Assembly (NCBI GenBank): GCA_951406725.2
Contig: OX597817.1
Location: 136,028,001-136,092,000, forward strand
Length of the DNA stretch: 64,000 bases
DNA from: Octopus vulgaris
Taxonomy: Eukaryota
Direction of reading: 5' to 3'
Shown: positions 44,222 to 57,976 of the stretch, piece after piece
How positions within the stretch are numbered: position 1 is the stretch's first letter
How the letters are laid out: each line of letters opens with the position of its first letter
Translations under genes and position numbers: made by a program
Notes under the pieces: generated by a model
The model's input: the letters and a program-made list of their open reading frames with translations, nothing else
Database searches by the model: none
Told to the model about the DNA's origin: nothing

Positions 44222-44459
44222 TACCATCGGAGTACTGTGTTCAATACCACCCAGCCTGAAGAAACACCTGGACACTTTAGAAAAACTCTATAATCTTGGT
44301 GTATTGCAAAAGTCGGCATTACTTGGAACTGCACGCACATGGCATAAAGTTCTGTCTGTCTGAGGTCCCTGTTGTGACTTGAGAGACAGTAAAAATCTCC
44401 GGAACACAAAATATCTTCACTCTACAACATCACAATATTGGATACTGTGCGACGTCTTC

Positions 44460-44460
<1 letters not shown>
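44222..44460 (+). mobile_element. Dong-like 3' fragment
   Basis: LQKSALLGTA motif, UTR TGAGGTC.CT.GTTGTGACTTG, ends in (AAT)n. Confidence 0.65.
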
Positions 44461-44540
<80 letters not shown>

Positions 44541-44823
44541 TCACTTCTGGAAACATGGGTGTTTTGTTCAACATCCTTAAACAACCCTTATTCAGGGACC
44601 TTTTGAGTGGAATGGGCTACTCAACCTGAAGAAAATTCTAACTGAGCCCCACCTGCAAGGTCATGTGCTGTTTATCTTGATATGAGATCACCATGTCGCG
44701 CACATATGGTTGTGATGCATGTGCCTAGTGTACCTTTATCAGACGGGTAGTCATGATGGGTATACTGGGCTTCGTATATTTTACCCCAGTATCACTTTGA
44801 TGGCATGCACTGCTCTCTCACTC

Positions 44824-45250
<427 letters not shown>

Positions 45251-45536
45251 AAACAGACGAAATGATTCAAAGCATTTCACCCTGCGTGTTTAACAATTCT
45301 GCCAGCTCGCCATTTTTTCTGCCACCTCAGCGAATATGTTATGTGAATGTTAGCTCAATAAACCAGAGATCTCGAAACTGTGGATTCAAAGAAAAACAAC
45401 TGGAATCATCGGAGCCTTGGTGACAATACCTAATGGTGCTCTTAAACATTATGGCTAAATACCAGGAAACAAACCTACAAGCAATTATTCTAATTTGTAT
45501 TGCCCAATTCCTAAGAACAAAATTGTCGACGTGAAA

Positions 45537-46071
45537 ATTCATCAGCTGTCTTGGGGAAATTTCCAACCTGGGTTTTCATTCCTACGGTATTTTTCAATGT
45601 TGTTGTTGTTGTTGTTGTTATTATTATTATTATTATTATTCAGTAGTTTTGTTTTTATAGCGTGCTTTCACTTCACTACCGAGCGCAGCTCTGTGTGCCT
45701 TGGGTATGTGCTGTGATTTGTTGTGATGCTCTGATGGTTACTGTATTGAAAGTGTTTTGCGTAGGATGTGTGTAGTGCCCAGTAGTGCAATTTTCTGTAT
45801 GTTTGTAAGTTCTGGTGTTTTTGTTATGTATTTGTCTGAATATTTTTTTATCATGCCTAATGCACCTACTATGATAGGAATGTTTCTGTTTTTAGATTCC
45901 ACATTCTAGTTACCTCTATTTCCAGGTCTTTGTATTTTGAGAGTTTCTCCATTTCTTTTAGAGACACGTTGTCATCTGCCGGTATTGATACATCAATTAG
46001 AAAGCATTTCTTTTCTTCATGATCTCTGACAACTATATCTGGTCTGTTGGCCTTAATTTCTCTATCTGTGT

Positions 46072-46116
<45 letters not shown>

Positions 46117-46288
46117 TCACTGTCTGGAATTAAACTCGGAATCTTGGGCTTAGTAACCCGCGCTCATAACCACTGCGCCATATGCCCATGGGCATATAGC
46201 GCGGTAGTTAAGAGCGTCATGCATGGAATCAAACTCGGAATCTTGGGGTTAGTGGCCCGCGCTCTTAACCACTGCGCCATATGCCCGG
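45537..46288 (-). mobile_element. Second copy of the tRNA-headed hammerhead element, with an independent Dong-like insertion (45640-46073)
   Basis: Head 46113-46188 with fold-back 46189-46217 and extra head 46224-46288; 3' part truncated at CCAAGACAGCTGATGAA; insert encodes NRPDIVVRD..LIDVSIP..KLSKYKDL. Confidence 0.75.
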
Positions 46289-46405
46289 CACACACTCCCT
46301 CGCACGCACGCACTCAAATTGCGACCTGTCTCTGTAAAGTCCTTTTCACTGACGTGGCACCCTTGCGGGAAATAAAACGAGACATAACCATCATCATCAT
46401 CATTG

Positions 46406-46477
<72 letters not shown>

Positions 46478-47034
46478 TTACTAGGTCTGTCGAGTGGCAG
46501 AATCTTTAGATAATCGGAGAAGATGCCTGTTAGTATTTGTGCTGGATTGTTTACGCTCTGGGTTCAAATCCGTCTTCCTTAACCGGGTCATCAGGATCCA
46601 CCAAAAACTGAAGAAAAGAAAACACGGCGATTGATTTGAGAAAATTTAAAGCAGGTGCCCCAAATATTTGATCGATTATTGTGCATTGCAGTTGGACTGC
46701 AGACCGACATGGAGAGAGGGCGCAAGGGGAAACTTCAAGTTTTGTCTACTCCAGGAAGACATACATACATACATACATACATACATACATACATACATAC
46801 ATACATACATACATACATACATACGTACATACACATAGGGAGCGGTGAATAAATTGTCGTCTAAATAATGCAAAAATAAAAGTAACGGTAACATTTCATT
46901 TTAACAGATATATTTACTAGAATTACATAAAAATATCCTTTAAATACTAAAGAGTAAATTTATTCAATAAAATCGCCATTGGCTTTACCCATGGCCTCCA
47001 GACTCACACACACGCACACACACACACACACATA

Positions 47035-47107
<73 letters not shown>

Positions 47108-47455
47108 TCACGTACATATGCACTTGTAGCGTACACTTGAGTGAAATTCCTCTCCTTCCTATTATATATGCATACATACGAACGTAGTAGAAAACAGACT
47201 GTTACACGTGACTTATCTGAAGGCTGCGATTGGTTGGGTTGCATATTGGCGCGCGATAGAGCAAGAGATAAATTGCGCCAATATCAAGCAATCAGAGTAG
47301 TGGACACAACAGGGTCCAAAATGCGGCCAAGGGCTTGCTGCTATCTGTTACATCCGTATGTATATATAATAGAGAGGAGAGGATTTTCACTTAAATGTAC
47401 GCCACACACGTATCATAACACACACGACTATTTCGAAGTTGTATCTTTTGCCTTT

Positions 47456-47731
47456 TACATAATCCGGAATTCCTTTTACTTCTTTCAGTTGGTTTTCTGC
47501 TAAATCTTCCGGATGGTTTGAATCCGAACATCACCAAACTTTTGGCAAAACCTGACGCAATATCTCTGCTCGGTGGGTTCGGTGAAAGCGAAAATCCGAC
47601 GAGTGCACACTACACGTCTGTACTGTAACCCGGAACTGACACGCCCTACTGATGCGAAAATTTTCACGCATGCGCAGGAAGGGTGACATCACCTCCCTCC
47701 CAAAGGGTTTTGCCCGTGCGGCATTAGTTTT

Positions 47732-47773
<42 letters not shown>

Positions 47774-48049
47774 TATGATCTGTGACAATTATTCGGTTGC
47801 CATAATAAAACTGCGAGTTTCGGATGTATGGGCGGAAATCTGATCCAGCATCTCATCAGTTATTAAGACAAACAAAAATGCTATTAAAATGACCGTTAAA
47901 CAAATGGAAATTACTATGTAAATGACTGTTATTAAGACAAACAAAAGAGCTGTTAGAATGACCGTTAAATAAAGGGGGAAAACCCGAAGGGGAGATTGAT
48001 TGCAGCCATGCTGGAGTACCACTTTTAGTCGAAGAAATCAACCCCAGGA

Positions 48050-48091
<42 letters not shown>

Positions 48092-48132
48092 TCCTGGGGT
48101 TGATTTCTTCGACTAAAAGTGGTACTCCAGCA

Positions 48133-48176
<44 letters not shown>

Positions 48177-48446
48177 TCCTGGGGTTGATTTCTTCGACTA
48201 AAAGTGGTACTCCAGTATGGCTGCAATCAATCTCCCCTTCGGGTTTCCCCCCTTTATTTAACGGTCATTCTAACAGCTCTTTTGTTTGTCTTAATAACAG
48301 TCATTTACATAGTAATTTCCATTTGTTTAACGGTCATTTTAATAGCATTTTTGTTTGTCTTAATAACTGATGAGATGCTGGATCAGATTTCCGCCCATAC
48401 ATCCGAAACTCGCAGTTTTATTATGGCAACCGAATAATTGTCACAG

Positions 48447-48482
<36 letters not shown>

Positions 48483-48758
48483 AAAACTAATGCCGCACGG
48501 GCAAAATCCTTTGGGAGGGAGGTGATGTCACCCTTCCTGCGCATGCGTGAAAATTTTCGCATCAGTAGGGCGTGTCAGTTCCGGGTTACAGTACAGACGT
48601 GTAGTGTGCACTCGTCGGATTTTCGCTTTCACCGAACCCACCGAGCAGAGATATTGCGTCAGGTTTTGCCAAAAGTTTGGTGATGTTCGGATTCAAACCA
48701 TCCGGAAGATTTAGCAGAAAACCAACTGAAAGAAGAAAAAGGAATTCCGGATTATGTA
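47456..48758. repeat. 1.3-kb inverted duplication (about 600-bp arms) centred on (AT)n
   Basis: 47456-48055 is the reverse complement of about 48170-48758 with only a few substitutions. Confidence 0.92.
48361..48423 (+). ncRNA. Type I hammerhead ribozyme motif (mirror copy 47803-47865 on minus strand)
   Basis: TAATAA-CTGATGA-GATG...CATC-C-GAAA-CT(CGC)AG-TT-TTATTA; intact core. Confidence 0.75.
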
Positions 48759-48778
48759 TATATATATATATATATATA

Positions 48779-48950
48779 GTGAGAATTTACAAAAAAAAAG
48801 CAAAAGATGAAGACGGTGTGTAAACAACAAACATGTATTAGTTTAACGCTCGGGAAATGAGAAAGCCTTTTACGTTTCGAGCCTATACTCTTCGGCAGAA
48901 AGGAACAGAGAAATAAACAGGAAGAGAAAATAAAAAATAATAAAATTAAA
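48779..48950 (-). mobile_element. Penelope-like pLTR relic with minimal hammerhead (48867-48902), same family as 1416-1610
   Basis: Minus strand CTTT-CTGCCGA-A-GAGT ATAG GCTC-GAAA-CG-TA-AAAG. Confidence 0.6.
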
Positions 48951-49179
48951 ATAAAATAAAATATGTATATATATGATGGATTCTCTTGTCGTGAACGAGA
49001 AATGAGGGTTCAGTAAAATAAAGCGTTAATAATGTTCTATGGACACAAATGTGTCTCTTAAGGCCTGCTGGTGCCTTCTTGCAAAGTTTTTGGCAAATGG
49101 AACAAGTTGGGGACTAAGTTTTCTAGAGACTTTGTGGATAATTTACTATCTGTTTTTTTTTTTGTTTTTTGATTTTTTT

Positions 49180-49530
49180 AAGTGAACTTGCTTTGCTTCG
49201 TGCCACAAAACCACAATAACAGGTATGGTTTCCATTCAGAGAAGCAGCGTTTTGCCAGCGTGCCTTCATGCTTGCGCGAAGATGTTCCCGATGCTAGAGT
49301 CGACTTTGCTCAAATCTTTGAACTGAGGAGAAGCAGGACTGGCGCGCCAGGTCCTGAGTTCTGATGCTTTGTTTTCCCGGGAAGAAAAGGGATTGTTTCA
49401 TCACATCAGATTGTCTTTTAGTTTGCCTTTGAAGCGCAAGAGTGGCTTTCCGACTGAATTTCCTGTTGGGAACTGGCCAAAGAGAGGTTGCTTCGGAATT
49501 CTGATATCACTCCGACGTCATTTATACCTG
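49180..49530 (-). mobile_element. RTE-clade LINE 3' fragment, degenerate
   Basis: Minus strand RIPKQPLFGQFPTGNSVGKPLLRFKGKLKDNL resembles the RTE C-terminal RIPKQLL.G....G.R..GRP.LR.KD motif. Confidence 0.7.
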
Positions 49531-49604
49531 ATATGCTACATTTTGTTACTGTGTGTGTGTGTGTGTATACACACACTCATATATATACACATATATATAC
49601 ATAG

Positions 49605-49672
<68 letters not shown>

Positions 49673-49730
49673 TGGTATTTTATATAAGCTTGAATCTTAT
49701 GGCGATCACCGTGCAACATATCCATATACG

Positions 49731-49788
<58 letters not shown>

Positions 49789-49923
49789 CGTATATGTATG
49801 TATGTCATCGTTCAGTTTTCTTTCAAAATTTGTTCCCAATAGAGAAAGAGCCGGTTTCTAACCTAGATCCAAGGCTCCTTCATTGGAATTTCAACATCAA
49901 CAACAGAGTATAATTGTATTTAT

Positions 49924-49966
<43 letters not shown>

Positions 49967-50034
49967 GATTTGTATATTTTGTTTTATGTATGTCTTCTCA
50001 TCCATATATTTGCATATCTAGACATACTCATATA

Positions 50035-50305
50035 TATTTAAATGATAAACTTCTGGAAAGTTTAACAGGTTTTTACAGTTCCAGTGATTGATTGGATCTG
50101 TATTCTTTGAATTAGCTTTCTCCTTTCTGGTTTTGAGAAGCCTACTTTCTCAAGATTGATATTCAAGCAGTGTATTACATATCCCAGGGCTCCAATAATT
50201 ACTGGTATAAACCTGAACTTGTAATCTGGATAGAGTAACTGCAGACAACAGTTCAGCGTAGTTATTCTCTATTTCACCGATCTTCTTCTTTATGTTAACA
50301 TCCGT
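50035..50305 (-). mobile_element. RLE-type non-LTR retrotransposon 3' fragment
   Basis: Minus strand DVNIKKKI..NYAELL, FIPVIIGALGYV, QIQSITGTVK. Confidence 0.65.
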
Positions 50306-50986
50306 TGTATGTATGTATGTGTGTGTGTATATATGTACGTGTGTGTGTATATATGTACGTGTGTGTGTGTATGTATGTATGTATGTATGTATGTATGTGT
50401 GCGTATGTATGCATGTATGTATATAGGTATGTTTGTAAGTATGTATGTATGTAATATGTATGTATGTGTGTATGTTTATATGTATGTATGTACGTACGTA
50501 TGTATTATGGGTGTATTTATAGTGTATGCATGTACGTATGTATGTATGGATGTATGTATGTATGTATGTATGTATGTATGTGTATGTATGTATGTATGTA
50601 TGTATGTATGTATGTATGTATATATGTATGCATGTATGTGTGTGTGTGTGTGTATATAAGTGTGTATGTATGTGAAAGCACATGGCATAGTGGTCAGGCT
50701 GTTGCACTCACGATAGCAACATCGTGGTTTCGATTCCCAGGCTGAGTGGTGCGTTGTGTCTTTGAGCAAAATACATCATCTCACGTCCCTCTGCGATCCC
50801 TTCGACACCGGATACGTGGTGCACCGAGCACCTGTTCAGGCAAGCGCCAATTTAATGGAGGGAGTGGGCTAATGTGCGGCACATACATTTGGTCACCAGA
50901 AACAAATCATTCGGGGCAGTTCCTTCGGCAACAAACTGCAAAACCGTCTTTCTCGGATTTCGAGAGACTTCCATCATACACATACG

Positions 50987-51135
50987 TGTGATAAGTAGCT
51001 TGCATACTAACCAGATAGTTCCGGGTTCAGTCCCACTGCGTGGCACCATGGGCAAGTATCTTCTACTATAGCCTCGGGCCGACCAAAGCCTTGTGAGTGG
51101 ATTTGGTAGACGGAAACTGAAAGAAGCCCGTCGTA

Positions 51136-51228
<93 letters not shown>

Positions 51229-51506
51229 TTGTGTGTCTGTATTTGTCCCCCTAGCATTGCTTGACAACCGATGCTGGTGTGTTTATGTCCCCGTTACTTA
51301 GCGGTTCGGCAAAAGAGACCGATAGAATAAGTACTGGGCTTACAATGAATAAGGCCCTGGGTCGAGTTGCTCGAGTAAAGGCGGTGCTCCAGCATGGCTG
51401 CAGTCAAATGATTGAAACAAGTAAAAGAGTAACAGAGTAAAAGAGTAAGCACACATACATACATGTATACATATACATTTCATACACACATCTATGCACA
51501 TACACA

Positions 51507-51588
<82 letters not shown>

Positions 51589-51762
51589 TATATATATATA
51601 GGCGCAGGCGTGGCCGTATGTTAAGAAGCTCACCTCCCAACTACATTGTTCCGGGTTCAGACCCACAGCGTGACACCTTAGGCAAGTGCCTTCTACTATA
51701 GCCTCGTGCCGACCAAAGTCTTGTGAGTGGATTTGGTAAACGGGAACTGAGAGAAGCCCATC

Positions 51763-51807
<45 letters not shown>

Positions 51808-52456
51808 AGAGTGTGCGTGTGTCTTGTGTTTGTCCTTCCCTCGCCAACCATCACTTTACAACCGATGCTGGTGCGTTTACGCCCCCGTAACCTAGTGGTT
51901 CGGCAAAAGAGAACGATAGAATGAGTACTAGGCTTACAAAGAATAAGCCCTGGGGGTCGATTTGTTCGACTAAAGGTGGTGCTCCAGCATGGTCGTAATC
52001 AAATGACTGAAACAAATAAAAGAATAAAAGAATATATATATATAGGCACAGGAGTGGCTGTGTGGTAAGTAGCTTGTTTACCAACCACATGGTTCCGGGT
52101 TCAGTCCACTGCGTGGCACCTTGGGCAAGTGTCTTCTACTATAGCCTCGGGCCGACCAAAGCCTTGTGAGTGGATTTGGTAGACGGAAACTGAAAGAAGC
52201 CCGTCGTATATATGTATATATATATATATATATAAGCGTGTGTGTGTATGTGTGTCTGTGTTTGTCCCCCTAGCATTGCTTGACAACCGATGCTGGTGTG
52301 TTTATGTCCCCGTTACTTAGCGGTTCGGCAAAAGAGACCGATAGAATAAGTACTGGGCTTACAAAAAGAATAAGTCCCGGGGTCGAGTTGCTCGATTAAA
52401 GGCGGTGCTCCAGCATGGCCACAGTCAAATGACTGAAACAAGTAAAAGAGTAAAAG
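50987..52456 (+). mobile_element. Three head-to-tail tRNA-SINE family 1 copies (50987-51448, 51601-52031, 52044-52456)
   Basis: Each has head, internal microsatellite and CR1-like tail. Confidence 0.9.
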
Positions 52457-52513
52457 ATCTATCTATATATATATATATAGACACGAACACTCGCACATAC
52501 ACCCATCTGTGTT

Positions 52514-52586
<73 letters not shown>

Positions 52587-53402
52587 TTATTTTTAGCTGC
52601 ATGTTTGTATATCCACGTCCAAGTGCGTGCATGTAAGCGTGTATGTGTGCGTGCACGTGCAACAATGTCCCAACTATGCGAACACCACTTCCAGGTAGAA
52701 CTAAACTAAATTGGTTCCTTTATTAAAGAAGTTTACCAGGACACACGGTTCCACTGCTGCTTTGATCCATTGTAGCAACCGCTTGGAAACCCGCCCCCGC
52801 TCACAGCCCCTCGTCCACCACCTGTCGCCCGCCTCCCACCACCCGCCCGCCGCCCGTCGCCAACGCTGATCCCAACGTTTAAATGTTTGATTAAACAGAA
52901 ATGTTTAAGTTTTTATGACGACGCAACAATTTCTGTTGGTCATTAGGTGGTCACTCATATTTTAGACGATAATCAAATATTTTAAGTGGCTAAAATTGTT
53001 GCATGATTGCCGGGTTACATGATTACCCTTATTGATTATTAGATTCGGAATTTCTGTGCTTATTGATTTTTGCTATTTAAAGATATATGTTGTTAATAAA
53101 GAGTAAAAGCAAGTATTTCGAGCTGGCTACAACTGTCCACTGTAGATGTGTGGCCGTACACAAGGGATGTTATTCACATAATAGCAATGATAGAGATAAC
53201 AAAGGAATATTTCGTGCCAGATTACAGATATGCTAACATTCTTTGCCTTAATATATATTCCAACTTCATATTCAATGCAAGATTTGGTGTTAAAAGAAAT
53301 TCTATAATGATAGCAACGAAATTAACCGGAAGAAATTTTGTGTCTGCGCTTTTGTACGTTTAACGCACACACACACATCTTTATATGTGTATACGTGTTT
53401 GC

Positions 53403-53440
<38 letters not shown>

Positions 53441-53718
53441 ATGCATATGAATACAGACAGAAAGAGAATGAGAGTGAGAGAGAGAGAGAGAGAGGGGGGG
53501 ATATATACTCACCGGAAGAAAAGAGACAATGTTGCTATTAAATAGTAATATGCTATGTGTGCGTGTGTGATATCCATTTACATATAACTACATGTGTGTG
53601 TGTGTGTGTGTGTGAGTGAGTTTGCGTGTGTGTGTGAGTGTATAAGTGTGTACAGCCAGAGAGAAAAAGAGGGAGAAGAGGGAGAGAGAGAACCGTGTAT
53701 GTATATATATATTTATAT

Positions 53719-53756
<38 letters not shown>

Positions 53757-54149
53757 CTAGCAGTATCGCCCGGCGTTGCTCGGGTTGTAAGGGAAATAAC
53801 TATATAAGCATTTTTAGAGAGTTATAGCCAAAAAATGGCAAAAAAATGCATTAAAAATTGAAAAAAAATTAAGGTAAATTTTTTTTAAATCGTTGACACA
53901 TCGTAGATATTTTTAGAGAGTTACTTCCCTTATATAAAAGCGAAAAAATGCATTAAAATGGAAAAATATGATGGTAATTTTTTTTTAAATCGTAGACTCA
54001 TCGTAGACGCACGCTAATACCCAGAAGGGCTCGATATGAATCACGACTATAAGATACCCGTTTTTGGTTAAACTGCACCGCAAAATGTGGGAGTAGTTAC
54101 GAATCTAAATCGTAGGAGACAGACACACAACTTCACTCTTATATAAAGA
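53757..54149 (-). mobile_element. Non-autonomous Helitron
   Basis: Minus strand A|TC...hairpin CCCGAGCAACGCCGGG...CTAG|T; internal approx. 90-bp subrepeats; no TSD. Confidence 0.85.
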
Positions 54150-55053
54150 TGCTTTTTTTTTTTCAGTCATAGAGTTAGATTTATGAAGGTCTTCAGTAGA
54201 AAATCCTTCGAATTCTGACTCGCTGCTTGATATAATGAAATTCGTATCCATTTTTTGTCAGAATTACAAATTTTGAAAACACAATAGGAACAAATTTCGG
54301 AAAAAAATCTCCCTAATTCACGGAATTAAAATTACACTTCGATTTTTGTACAAAACTGTAGTTGAAGTGTTTACGAAGTATAATACGTGTTTTCACGAAT
54401 GTACTAAAGAGATTTGCTCTGATATTCTCATTTAAATATGAATAGGTAAATTCGGGCGGCTTGGTAACGAAAGGGTTAAACGGATGCATACATTTATTAA
54501 TCTCTTATTATAATAACTATATATAAGTGTCGTCTGTTTATACATAAACACTGTTTCATACTGCAATTATATATACATATATCTATATATAATATTATAT
54601 AATAAAATATATACAGAGTAAAATAAAAACCAATTTACCTTTTCTGTCCGTCCGTGTGTCTTTGCAAATGTGTTGGAATGATAAGTGAGTTGTGTTTTGA
54701 CGCCGTTTTTACTAATAACAAACACACGTGTTTGTATGTAGTTGTATGTGTATGTAGTTGTATATGTATGTGTATGCGTGTGTGTGAGGAATGACACACA
54801 CACACTCACGCACGCACACATGTACATCAATGCTTTCGGAGTGATATGTTAAAATATTGAGTTTTCTCGAATTTTGTCTTAATTGGTGGTAAAATTGAAA
54901 GAAATTTTTTATGGCATCACCCACTGAAGTACTTTGAAAAATCTTAGGTAAATTCTAATTGAAGAAATTGTGTGAGGATTAAATCGTTATGTATTTATTT
55001 ATTTCTGTTTGCTGTGTTTCTTTATTTTTTGAGTAGTGGTTTAAATACTTTCA

Positions 55054-55357
55054 GTTTAGTCTTCCTCAAATCACTCTGTCGCTATTTACTTTCATTTTAT
55101 TCGTTGCACACTGTGTGTGTGCGTTTGAGTGTGGTGTAAACCAGACTAAGAAAAGCATTTGACACACACACCAGAATGTGAGTTTTCTGTAAATTTTGCT
55201 TAATTGGAGTTTAAATTTTAAAAACTGGACCTGGCATGACGCGATGCATTGTACTCTTAAAAATGCTAGGTAAATTGTAATTGAAGAAATCCTATATTGT
55301 AGATTTGTATAACTCCCAAAGGGAGGCAGATAAAATCTGCCTTTTATAATAAGAGAT
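55054..55357 (-). repeat. Approx. 305-bp segment (probable Helitron 5' end) duplicated at 56881-57186
   Basis: Near-identical direct repeat; minus strand starts A|TCTCTTATTATAAAAGG. Confidence 0.8.
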
Positions 55358-55372
55358 ATATATATATACATA

Positions 55373-55414
<42 letters not shown>

Positions 55415-55415
<1 letters not shown>

Positions 55416-56049
55416 TAGCAGTATCGCCCGGCGTTGCTCGGGTTTGTAAGGGAAATAACTATATAAGCATTTTTAGAGAGTTATAGCCAAAAAATAGCAA
55501 AAAATGCATTAAAAATGGAAAAAATATGATGGCAAATTTTTTTTTAAATCGTTGACTCATCGTAGACATTTTTAGAGAGTTACTTCCCTTATATAATAGC
55601 GAAAAAATGCATTAAAATGGAAAAAAAACGATGGTAAATTTTTTTTTAAATCGTAGACTCATGTAGACGCTTTCTTAGCCATTTCTGTTTTGGTGTCTTC
55701 AAGCCATGAAGTCGTTGTTCTAAAAGAACACTGGTCTCCTTGACAACGCATTACGACGTTGATTTCCTTACACTCCCTTCCCCACAGGTGCAGGTGTGAG
55801 CGTGGACGCCAACTCCGCCGCCATCGACACACGAAAAATTATGCATTAAAATGGAAAAAAAATGATTTAAATTATTTTTAAAATCGTAGACTCATCGTAG
55901 ACGCGCGCTAATATTCAGACGGGCTCGATATGAATCACGACTATAAGCTACCCGAATTTGGTTAAACTGTACCGCAAAATGTGGGAGTAGTTAGGAATCT
56001 AAATCGAAGGGGACAGACACTCACACAACTACAGTTTTATATATATAGA
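55415..56049 (-). mobile_element. Non-autonomous Helitron (same family as 53757-54149)
   Basis: Same TC...CTAG termini and hairpin. Confidence 0.85.
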
Positions 56050-56099
56050 TATACATAGCGCAGTAGTGGTGAGATATGACAGCAAAGAAAAGCATACAT

Positions 56100-56420
56100 T
56101 CACTCTCTGCATGCAATTAGACTCGGAAAGTTCGTGAGGAACCCATTGACCCAATTTGCTGACTTTTCCGATAGCACACAGGTGTCAATGAATGGTTGAA
56201 TGACCAAATCCAAGCTTCTCTGCTAGTTCCTCAACAGTTACGATGATATTTTGTTCCACCAGGGTTTTCAGGATGTCCTTGTCGAGTTCTACAGATCTTT
56301 CAGGATGAGGCTCGTCTTCTAGGCTGTAGTTTATGGCTCGGGATTTCTGGAACCACCATTGACACTGCCTTACGCTTATTGTCCAATCCCCATATACTGC
56401 ATTAATATTTCTTGTACTTT
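56100..56420 (-). mobile_element. Mariner transposase N-terminal fragment
   Basis: RNINAVYG..CQWWFQK..SLEDEPHPERSVELDKDIL..TVEELAEKLG, KLGQWVPH. Confidence 0.85.
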
Positions 56421-57189
56421 GCACACATTTATATTCTGTTATTCTTTTATATGTTTCAGCCTTGAGGTTGTGGCCATGCTGGATCATGTGTGTGTGTGTG
56501 TGTGTGTGTGTGTCTATCTGTCTGTCTGTCTGTATGTATATATGTATATGTATGTGTGTGAACAATAATATTTTCAACAGATGTGTTGCAAATGTATCTG
56601 ATTGTTCTCAAGCTTCAATACTGTGTGTGTGTGTATGTGTGTGTGTGTATGTATGTATGTATATGTATGTATTATGTATGTATGTATGTATGTATGTATG
56701 TGTGTGTGTATGTGTGTATGTATGTATGTATGTATGTATGTATGTATGTATGTATGTATGAGTGTATGTTTACTTTATTACTAATTACTCTCTTCCAAGA
56801 ACATTTTCACTCACTCTTAGCTCTTAGCTTCCCATACATTTTACTCATGTATCTATCATCGTCATAGACAGAATACTTTCACTTTAGTCTTCCTCAAATC
56901 ACTCTGTCCGCTATTTACTTTCATTTTATTCGTTGCCCACTGTGTGTGTGCGTTTGCGTGTGGTGTAAACCAGACTAAGAAAAGCATTTGACACACACAC
57001 CAGAATGTGAGTTTTCTGTAAATTTTGCTTAATTGGAGTTTAAATTTTAAAAACTGGACCTGGCATGACGCGATGCATTGTACTCTTAAAAATGCCAGGT
57101 AAATTGTAATTGAAGAAATCCTATATTGTAGATTTGTATAACTCCCAAAGGGAGGCAGATAAAATCTGCCTTTTATAATAAGAGATAAT

Positions 57190-57510
57190 ATGTTACATTA
57201 CTCAATAGTCAAGATAAAACTCTGAGTTTCAGATGCCGAAGTGGAAATCCACAACACCATCTCTTCGGTTATCTGGCTATCTGAAAAACGCTATGAAAAA
57301 ATACCGTTATATAAAGGTATTTTTTAATAGCCTTTTTCAGATAGCCAGATAACCGAAGAGATAGTGCTGTGGATTTCCACTTCGGCATCTGAAACTCAGA
57401 GTTTTATCTTGACTATTGAGTAATGTAACATTATTTTATAGATAAATTTCCTCTATTTACGTAATATTGAGGTCTCTTTCTTTCTTTTGTTATCTTACCG
57501 TTTTTACCAA
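57190..57510 (+). mobile_element. Inverted Penelope-like pLTR pair (palindrome 57190-57431) with two hammerhead motifs (57212-57274 minus, 57347-57409 plus)
   Basis: About 120-bp arms; AGATAA-CCGAAGA-GAT..CATC-T-GAAA-CTCAGAG-TT-TTATCT. Confidence 0.78.
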
Positions 57511-57539
57511 TATATATATACATGTATATATATATATAT

Positions 57540-57586
<47 letters not shown>

Positions 57587-57608
57587 CATATAAATATATA
57601 TGTATATA

Positions 57609-57649
<41 letters not shown>

Positions 57650-57664
57650 GCATATAAATATATA

Positions 57665-57716
<52 letters not shown>

Positions 57717-57976
57717 ATGTATGTGTGTGTGTGTGTGTGGTGGCTGTATTATGTGACGGCACGTGGCTAGGTGGTTAGGATGTTTCACTCGTGATCGTAA
57801 GATTCTGGTTTCGATTCCTGAACCGCGCGATGTGTTGTGTTCTTGAGCAAGACACTTCATTTCACGTTGCTCCAGTCCCACTCAGTTGCCAAAAATGAAT
57901 AAACCTGCGAATGACGTTTGATATAACATACAAACATATAGATATATATACACAAATATATAGGAGTGGCTGGGGG

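Noticed and set aside
53757-56049. Approx. 90-bp recurring units as CRISPR or satellite
   Set aside because: Internal subrepeats of a Helitron family in a eukaryotic genome; no unique spacers.
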